Assembly (NCBI GenBank): GCA_040218735.1
Contig: JAVJQW010000023.1
Coordinates: forward strand, 576,001 to 640,000
DNA: 64,000 nt
From: Deltaproteobacteria bacterium
Lineage (GTDB): Bacteria > Myxococcota > Kuafuiibacteriia > Kuafuiibacteriales > Kuafuiibacteriaceae
Direction: 5' to 3'
Part shown: positions 57,133 through 64,000 of the stretch, piece after piece
Numbering within the stretch: position 1 is the first letter of the stretch
How the letters are laid out: each line of letters starts with the position of its first letter
Position numbers and translations under genes: made by a program
Notes under the pieces: model-generated
What the model saw: the letters and a program-made list of their open reading frames with translations, nothing else
Database searches by the model: none
Told to the model about the DNA's origin: nothing

Positions 57133-58796
57133 GATAATCGGACGTTGGCGGACGCCACGGTCCATTCGCACACGACCTCACGCCCGGCACGGCGCTCGCG
57201 TCCGGCGGCCCGGTGTCCATCGAATGCACGGCCTACGTCCCACGAGATCCGCGCAACGGTCCCCTTCATCCTCTCGTGAAGGCGGCCTGGCCTCGCTTCG
57301 TCGAGCAACTCGAAGCCTCCGGAGGCACCGTCCCGAAGTTCGTGACCGCCGCCTTCGATAGCTACCTCAGGTGCGGCCTCCCCGAGGAGGGCGGCTTCAT
57401 CCGCCTCGGGTGCACCCAGTGTGGCAACGAGCGTGCACTTCCGTTGTCCTGCAAGCGCCGAGGAATCTGTCCGAGCTGCGGCGCTCGTCGCATGCACGAC
57501 CTCGCGCAACGTCTGGTCGAGCGCGTCCTCCCCGACGTCCCGATTCGTCAGTACGTCCTATCACCGCCCTCCGAGCTCGTGGGCCTGCTCGGCGCTCGAA
57601 CCGAGCCCTTGTCCGCGCTCGCGCGCGCCTTCGTTCGCTGCATGTTCGACGCGATCGGGCGGCGGGTCGATGCGGGCGTTGCCGCGCACCCCGGTGCGAT
57701 CGTCGTGGTGCAGAGATTCTCCAAGACGCTCGCGCTCTTTCCTCACCTTCACGTGCTCCGCATTGGACGGAGCGTACGTCGAGGTCGGCGACGAGCTCGA
57801 GTTCCGCGTCGATCCCGGCCGCACACCCGACGACCTCCTCGACCTCGAAGACGAGGTGGAGCGTCGATTCTCGCGATGGCTCGAACAGCATGGCTATCTC
57901 GAGGAGGACGACCAGGACGAGGAGGCCCTCGACGGCTGGTTCGGCCCCGCGGCCTACGACACCGTTCAAGGACACCGCCCGCCCGCGAAGCCTCGCGACC
58001 CCAACCGCTTTCAGGTGCACGCCCGTGTTCGCGTAAGAGCCGGTGATCGCCCAGGCCGCGAACGACTCTGCACCTACGTCGCTCGACCGCCAGTGGCGGA
58101 GGCTCAGATCGAGCCCCTCGATGAAGACCGAGTCCGCCTCTGGCTCCGCAATCCGGGTCGAAGTCTCGCCAGCAGCGTCGTACTCACCTCGATGCAGCTC
58201 ATTCGCCGCCTCGCCTGGCAGGTTCCGCCCCCCAACCTCCACCTCGTTCGCTACGCCGGCATCCTCGCCCCCGCGGCTCGACTACGTCAACGCGTCGTAC
58301 CTGCGGGACGGGTCGCCATCAAGGCCGCATGGTTCGGCGAGAGGAAGTTCGAGCCACTCGTTCCCGTCCCGTCCCGGACCGCCTGGGCGAGGCTGCTGGC
58401 GAAGGTCTACGAGATCCACGCTCACCAGTGCCCCAGATGCCACGCTCCCATGCGCCCCATCGCCGCGGTCCTTCCACCACAGGCCCGCGCCTGGATCGAA
58501 CAGGGACGAATCCTGCCCATGCCCTCGACCGGACCACCGGCCCTCGTGAGCCGCCAACTCGACCTGCCGCTCGTTGCGTGATCCCAAACGGCCCCCGCAC
58601 CCATTCCTCAATGCGTCGTCGCGTTCATGGATACGTGCGTTCAGAGCCGCTCAACTCGCCCCCCGCCACCGCAAAGACGGCCTCCGACCGAGCCGGCGCG
58701 ACACGCAATCGGTCGGGATCCAAGCCGACCGAGGGCGTGCCGCTCCCCACGAGTCCCAGAGGCAGCCGCGGAATTGCGCTTGGATGCCCTATCCCG
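57133..58796 (+). mobile_element. ISCR/IS91-family rolling-circle element, copy 2
   Basis: CATC|GATAATCGG left end; oriIS-like GCGCTTGGATGCCCTATCCCG|CTTC right end. Confidence 0.85.
57213..58581 (+). pseudogene. IS91/ISCR HUH transposase with one apparent +1 frameshift (~57759)
   Basis: YLRCG..EGGFIRLGCTQC...SCKRRGICPSCG and PHLHVL, then a frame switch to ALDG...RLCTYVARPP...HLVRYAGILAP...CPRC. Extra C relative to copy 1. Confidence 0.88.
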
Positions 58797-58833
58797 CTTC
58801 CTGGCGATTTCAGTGAAGTACGGCGGGCAACCA

Positions 58834-60297
58834 TCAGCCTTTGGAAAGGTCGCTTGGCTTGGGAAGGCAGCCTCGAACGACGACCACGCCCAGGAGGACT
58901 GACAATCCCTCGCCGACGGGAGGAGCAACTGCGCGCAGGCCGATGTCGTTGACAACGAGCCCGGGAGCGGCGGTCTTCTGGCTGCCGTCCAGCACACAGA
59001 GCGCACCAAAGCGTCGATCGCTCGCAACCACATACTGCGCCGTTTGGCCGAAGTATTTTGTGCACGAATCCAGGCTGAAGGCTGAATCGTTGTTCTCAAC
59101 TTTTAGTTCGAGCCGGATCTTCCGAAACGAGAGATCAGTTTCGCCTCCCCCAGCAGCAGGATGCTCTTCAAGCTCCCCGCCGATCCGCGGATCGAGTCTC
59201 AAGATATCTCTCAATCGTTCCTGGAACTCACGCTCCAGGATCTGTTCGTCAAAAAGGTCGTCCTGCAGCGCCTGTTGAGCCAGACGACAGACGCCGGTCA
59301 TCAAAACCAAGAAGTCGCCAAGCTCGCGGTCTGAGACTCCGGCAAAACTTCGGGCGTTGTTCCGAAGGTCGAGAAGGGCGTTGTCGACTCCCGCGTAGCC
59401 GCTGATCGGGTTGGTTGCAGGATCATGACTCTGCAAATAGAGCTGACGCTGTCCCACCACCTCCAAACGATCGGGCGCCTGCTCGAATCGCGCTCGATAT
59501 GAGAACTGGAGGGGCCGAGACGGCAAACTCTGCCCGACCTTCAATAGCAACCTGCCCGTCGCGGTCAGCCTATAGGGTGCCGCCCCCGTAGAGGGTCTAT
59601 CGATCTCGAACACCGGTAGCTGACAGACCTCGGGCGGTTCGACTGTAATCGGTTCAAGCACGAGCTTGCCATTGCTGGGGTTCCACCGGGAGACCGACAC
59701 GTCGACTGAGAGGTCTTGAACCAGATCGACCGTCACCGTATGTGGTTCCTGAACGGCTGCATCGTCTAGTCTAAATTCTGTGAACACAACGGTGGTCGAC
59801 TCGACGGACTCATGCTCCTCCGTTTTGCGTCTCGGGACCTGTGGCGTCACGCGACTAGTTATGGGCAAAGGGAGACTCAGCAACGAAAGCGATCCGGCAA
59901 GAGCGGCAACATCCTCAACTTCTTCAATTGAAAGAATCTGCTCGATGTGCGGCTTGAATTGAACGCCCCGGGCTTCGTCGTCGCCATCTCGCGCAACATC
60001 CTTGGCGTTGGTCTTGGCGGCCTTGAGGAAACGATCCGCATCGACTTCTGCACTGCGAACCGCATGTCCCCAACGCAGCAGGTCAAGAAAGCAGTGCAAA
60101 AGCGCGCGGTAGCGACGGTATACTTGAGCCGCGCTAGTCTCGCCAACCTCGGAAATCTCCTCGCCGAGTCCTGTGACCGCGTCCGACAGATCCGAGAGGA
60201 CGTCATCACGGCCAGCAGCCTTCCTGAGAAGGCTAACGATTTCAGCCCGGCGGGGGGATATGGTTAAAAAGGCCCCGCTTCTTCTCTCGCCGCTCAT
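58834..60297 (-). CDS. Protein with C-terminal restriction-endonuclease-like PD-(D/E)XK domain
   Basis: EREFQERL...AGGGETDLSF...LELKVE...GQTAQY...LCVLDGSQK. GC visibly lower than in the eCIS region. Confidence 0.7.
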   Translation of the reverse strand: MSGERRSGAFLTISPRRAEIVSLLRKAAGRDDVLSDLSDAVTGLGEEISEVGETSAAQVYRRYRALLHCFLDLLRWGHAVRSAEVDADRFLKAAKTNAKDVARDGDDEARGVQFKPHIEQILSIEEVEDVAALAGSLSLLSLPLPITSRVTPQVPRRKTEEHESVESTTVVFTEFRLDDAAVQEPHTVTVDLVQDLSVDVSVSRWNPSNGKLVLEPITVEPPEVCQLPVFEIDRPSTGAAPYRLTATGRLLLKVGQSLPSRPLQFSYRARFEQAPDRLEVVGQRQLYLQSHDPATNPISGYAGVDNALLDLRNNARSFAGVSDRELGDFLVLMTGVCRLAQQALQDDLFDEQILEREFQERLRDILRLDPRIGGELEEHPAAGGGETDLSFRKIRLELKVENNDSAFSLDSCTKYFGQTAQYVVASDRRFGALCVLDGSQKTAAPGLVVNDIGLRAVAPPVGEGLSVLLGVVVVRGCLPKPSDLSKG

Positions 60298-62803
60298 CCT
60301 CTCTCCGATATTTCTCTGCGATCAGGCGCACCTCTTCCGCGCTCTCAACCAATCGGGCGTTATCCCCCTCTGACGCGGCTATCTCGATCTCGATGGCCTT
60401 TCGGAGCACCGAGGCCCGCAGAGTTAACAACTTGTCCCATTCACTGGATTCCAGGCGGCTCAGCACACGGTCAATCATCGCAGCGGCCGTCGCGTGCATC
60501 CCCGCGTCGCATAGGATCTCACAGAGCTCTTCGGTCCATCCGGTGCCGAATTCAATCAGCTCGTCTGATCGCTTCACAAATGTCGCGTGCAAAGGTCTGA
60601 GGTGCTTGGACGGCACCGCGCGAAGCATCTGAATGACGTCATCGGACTGGTAGGAGCTAACGCGGTCTTGAACTGCCAGATGTATGAGCAGTCTCGGAAA
60701 CCGCGGGTCGGCCTTCATGTCGCCCCAGTACCATCTTAGGATCTCGAGCGCTTCGTATGCCTCCATTCGGAAGCACACTCCGACAACGTATTTCACGAGA
60801 TTTTGGTGCAGCTCCACATCCGTTTTTGAGCTTAGGCGAAAAGATGCGCGGATCGCGTACTTCAGACTGGAGTTGGGCTGAGGATTCTTCCCGTAAGTTG
60901 CGAGCCAATCGATCGAGGACCGGAGTGCTCGCGGCACGAACTTCTGCGGCAGCGTTACTTCGAGCAATGCCTGGAGAGCCCTCCCATGTACTGCCACGTA
61001 AGAGTCAGACAGAAGCACGAGGAACGTCTCATGGACGAGATCGGGCAGATCGTCTGATGAGCCTGCGATCGCCGTGTACGCTTCGACGCCGGCGGCCCTG
61101 ACAGCAACAGACGGGTCGAGCATTGACGCATAGATTTGTGGAAGAACGAGGCGCAGTCCGTCAGGCGATCGTCCGCACGCCCCCAGCGCCCGAACCAAAG
61201 TTGAACGAAGCATCCGGTCCTTCTCATGCACGCTCGGAAGCATTTCAATGAGCGCTGTCCCACACTTGGCGGGAAACCTAGAGGCGAGTTGCCCAATCAG
61301 CTGGGTTACATCTCGAAGGGCCGCTGAAAGTCGTGTCCGCTCATTCTGCTTCTCTAAAAGGGTCAGCGCATTCAATTTGGGCTCTAGAAGGGGGCTGCTC
61401 GGCTTCTCCAGCTCGGTAGCCATTAGTGCGGTGGCGCCAAGCAGATGCTCGATCGATTCGCTTGCTTCTTTGAGGAGGCGACTTTCTAGGTGGGAGAGGG
61501 ATCGGGCTGCGTCCGATAGGCGCTCGTCTCTCGGCAGGCTGACCACTGTTGCGATAAGACGTTGAAGGCAGACGCGCTCCGGTTCGACATCCCGATCTTC
61601 CGCTTCGCGACGAGCAAATCGAAGCACCTCCGTGTACGCCCCGAAGAGCTTCTCTCGTCCATCCTCCGATGCAGCGCTTATCGCTTCCTGCAACAGCTCA
61701 TCTGCTTCAGAGGGCCGTTGCCTAAGCGCCTCTACAATTGCCCTCACCGCGTGCTCTGAGACGCGGGCTCCGTAGCCGTGTCGGCTTTCCGTGAATTCAA
61801 CGCTCTTCGCCAGGACCGGAATGGTTTTTGCGATTGCCGTTGGCTTGTGAGCGAAGAGCGGACGGAGGGCGCGAGCAGCCGCCGCTCTGGTCCAGTCGCT
61901 CTGGCTAGAGAGCGCCCAGGAGAAATAGCTTTCGAGCGTATCCGGAAACAGATCGTAGGCCTTGAGCAATGCAGCCGGACGGGAGTCCAAGCGTTGTCCG
62001 GGAATCAGCTCCGTCGGCGAGGCGATTTCACATATGGATCCCATCGCAGCACGAATCAACTTGGAGTCGTCGGCGGTCATCTCTGACGCGGCTATTTCCG
62101 CGGCCACCGTGGAGCTGTGGCTGGCCCCAAGGTAGACAAGACAAGCTTGGCCCAGGCGGCGCCTGTCGTCTGCGACCAGGTTCAGCACTTGCAGCGCCGG
62201 TTGCGCCTTGGCGGGCTCATCCGATTGGAGCAATGCGTAGAGATGATCCTGAATGTCGCGGAAGGCACCGGGTGCGGCCTGTGCTGCGGCCAAGAGCAGA
62301 GCCGATGCCTCCTTAGTCCCGGTTTCGTCGAGCGCAGAGACGAGATCGAGGACACCTTTCACTCCAGGCGAAGTTTGATCACGCTGCTTGTTTCGTAGCT
62401 CCTCTCGGACTTCTCGTTCCTGCTCCCTCTTTGTTTTCTCTGCCTTCTGACGCTCCTGGCCCAGTTGCTGGTGCCTGTCCCGTTCTCCAACAATCTCCGA
62501 GATGTTTGGAAACCGGACAGGATTTCGATGTTCGCACCCAACGCAGTTCTTGTCGTGAAAGTCCAAAGCAATCCGCCGGAAATCCATCGAGTGGCTGCCC
62601 TTGTGCGCTGCATGTGGACACTGGACGAAGCCCATAAATATTGGCAGCCCGGTCTGCTGCTCAACGAGCCCCATTCCTGCGAACTGTGAGCGCTCGACAG
62701 ATAGGTGAGAGCACCAGTTGTGAAGTAGGTCCCTCGTCCGCTCGTTCCGTCGACCGATCTCGATCGCATCGCGGATTCCCGCTTCTGTGTCTCGCGATCC
62801 CAT
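60242..62803 (-). CDS. HEAT/ARM-repeat protein with N-terminal Cys/His zinc-binding region
   Basis: WCSH...QCPHA...NCVGC, a charged coil, then HEAT repeats (DWTRAAAARALR, DPSVAVRAAGVEAY, DSYVAVHGRALQAL). Start taken at ATG 62803. Confidence 0.75.
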   Translation of the reverse strand: MGSRDTEAGIRDAIEIGRRNERTRDLLHNWCSHLSVERSQFAGMGLVEQQTGLPIFMGFVQCPHAAHKGSHSMDFRRIALDFHDKNCVGCEHRNPVRFPNISEIVGERDRHQQLGQERQKAEKTKREQEREVREELRNKQRDQTSPGVKGVLDLVSALDETGTKEASALLLAAAQAAPGAFRDIQDHLYALLQSDEPAKAQPALQVLNLVADDRRRLGQACLVYLGASHSSTVAAEIAASEMTADDSKLIRAAMGSICEIASPTELIPGQRLDSRPAALLKAYDLFPDTLESYFSWALSSQSDWTRAAAARALRPLFAHKPTAIAKTIPVLAKSVEFTESRHGYGARVSEHAVRAIVEALRQRPSEADELLQEAISAASEDGREKLFGAYTEVLRFARREAEDRDVEPERVCLQRLIATVVSLPRDERLSDAARSLSHLESRLLKEASESIEHLLGATALMATELEKPSSPLLEPKLNALTLLEKQNERTRLSAALRDVTQLIGQLASRFPAKCGTALIEMLPSVHEKDRMLRSTLVRALGACGRSPDGLRLVLPQIYASMLDPSVAVRAAGVEAYTAIAGSSDDLPDLVHETFLVLLSDSYVAVHGRALQALLEVTLPQKFVPRALRSSIDWLATYGKNPQPNSSLKYAIRASFRLSSKTDVELHQNLVKYVVGVCFRMEAYEALEILRWYWGDMKADPRFPRLLIHLAVQDRVSSYQSDDVIQMLRAVPSKHLRPLHATFVKRSDELIEFGTGWTEELCEILCDAGMHATAAAMIDRVLSRLESSEWDKLLTLRASVLRKAIEIEIAASEGDNARLVESAEEVRLIAEKYRREDERREKKRGLFNHIPPPG

Positions 62804-62893
62804 GCTCTTCGTCTCGGACTTTCCGAGACATGCGAACCTAGTCGCGGGTCGGCCGCGTGGCAACGCTGGTCCCCTCTGTTTTCAGGCGTTCAA

Positions 62894-64000
62894 ATGAGCA
62901 GCGGCCCGGGCCGAGTCGGATGCTCAGCGATTCTCCTGCCGCACGTCTCCGCGACAAACGACCTCGTAGTCCTCCGACGGCACGACGCTCCCATTCAGCA
63001 CCGGTTTCGAGCAGCCCGCGCCACGCTCGGACGAGCGCTAGCCACGTCGGTCGCCGCCCTCACCGAGCTGTCGCGCGCCGGGCGGCGTAGCGAGGCCACC
63101 GTCGACTTCCATCGCCGTAAGGCCGGACACCTCGTTCGCATCTTCGAGCAGGGCGGCACTGCCCCGTACCCGCTGAAGACGCTGACGCCGCGTGAGGTCG
63201 ACGCCTACATCTCTCAGCGCCGCGCCGAGGGAGGCCGAGAACACGATCAGCAAGGAGCTCGTGGTCCTTCGGAAGGCTCTGAAGTTAGCGAGGCACAACG
63301 GCGAGTGGGCGGGCGACGTCAACGCCGTGCTGCCGGTCGGCTTCTCGCCAGCGGTACCGCCCACGGGAACGGTTCCTCACCGCAGAGGAGGTGACGGCCT
63401 TGCTCGGGGAGCTGCCGGCCGACCGCGCGGCGCGGGTCGCGTTCATTCTGGCGACCTCCTCGTCATGGGGCCCGACCGACCGAGCGCGGCGGGCCGACGT
63501 CTCCGCCGACCTCTCGCGCGTCCACATCCGACGTACCAAGCGCAGCACCCGAGACCGCGTCGTACCGATCGTCCTCCTGGCGCACCGCGAGCTACTCGAG
63601 TTCGCCGTGCGCCACGCCGGGGGCACGAACGGCCTGCTGTTCCAGCGGTGGAGCAACCACGGTCGTGACATCAGGGCCGCCTGCAAGCGAGCAGGCATCG
63701 CCCCGTGCTCCCCGAACGACCTGCGCCGGACGTTCGGCGTTTGGCTTCGCGCCTCCGGCGCGCCGCCCGATCTGATCGCCCCTTGCATGGGGCACAAGGA
63801 CAGCACAATGGTCGAGCGCGTCTACGGACGACTCCCGCCGGAGCTGCTGGCCGCGCGCATCCAAGACGCCGTGTCGCAGTCCTCGACCGCTTCTACGCTG
63901 CCTGTAGGCCTCCAGGACTGTGTCAAACATGTACCAGACACATGCGATTCAACGGCTCCAGAGAGACGAATGAGACCGATGGCACCGTCTCGCAACCGAG
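62894..64000 (+). pseudogene. Tyrosine recombinase/integrase, 5'-truncated and frameshifted
   Basis: Pieces across frames: VDAYISQRRAEG / ENTISKELVVLRKALK / RFLTAEEV...SPNDLRRTFG...MGHKDSTMVERVY. Shifts at ~63230 and ~63360; continues into att-flank sequence at the window end. Confidence 0.82.

Overview
High-GC window whose gene content looks myxobacterial (inference). Left half (1-30.4 kb): a near-complete extracellular contractile injection system (eCIS, Afp/PVC type) on the minus strand, with DUF4255 cap, two sheaths, two tubes, LysM tube initiator, split hub/spike, gp25, baseplate, three paralogous fibre-like proteins, tape measure and AAA+ ATPase. A candidate 1334-aa effector with a coupled immunity-like gene, an oppositely oriented spike-tip gene and a sigma54 activator follow, and a candidate sigma54 promoter lies at the operon head. 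Next come a 1963-aa lipoprotein with a TcA-like C-terminus, a serine hydrolase and a frameshifted FG-GAP lipoprotein. Right half (39.5-64 kb): a tandem array of decayed integrative islets separated by attP-like junctions containing the 3' half of tRNA-Lys(TTT). The cargo is two truncated back-to-back RHS toxin/immunity pairs, a Gabija-like OLD nuclease/UvrD pair, a PIN-TM gene, a PD-(D/E)XK nuclease + tRNA-like RNA (anticodon AAT) + FRG unit, and a HEAT-repeat + restriction-endonuclease-like pair. These cassettes are punctuated by four ISCR/IS91-like rolling-circle origins. All calls come from motif recognition by eye; no searches were run.
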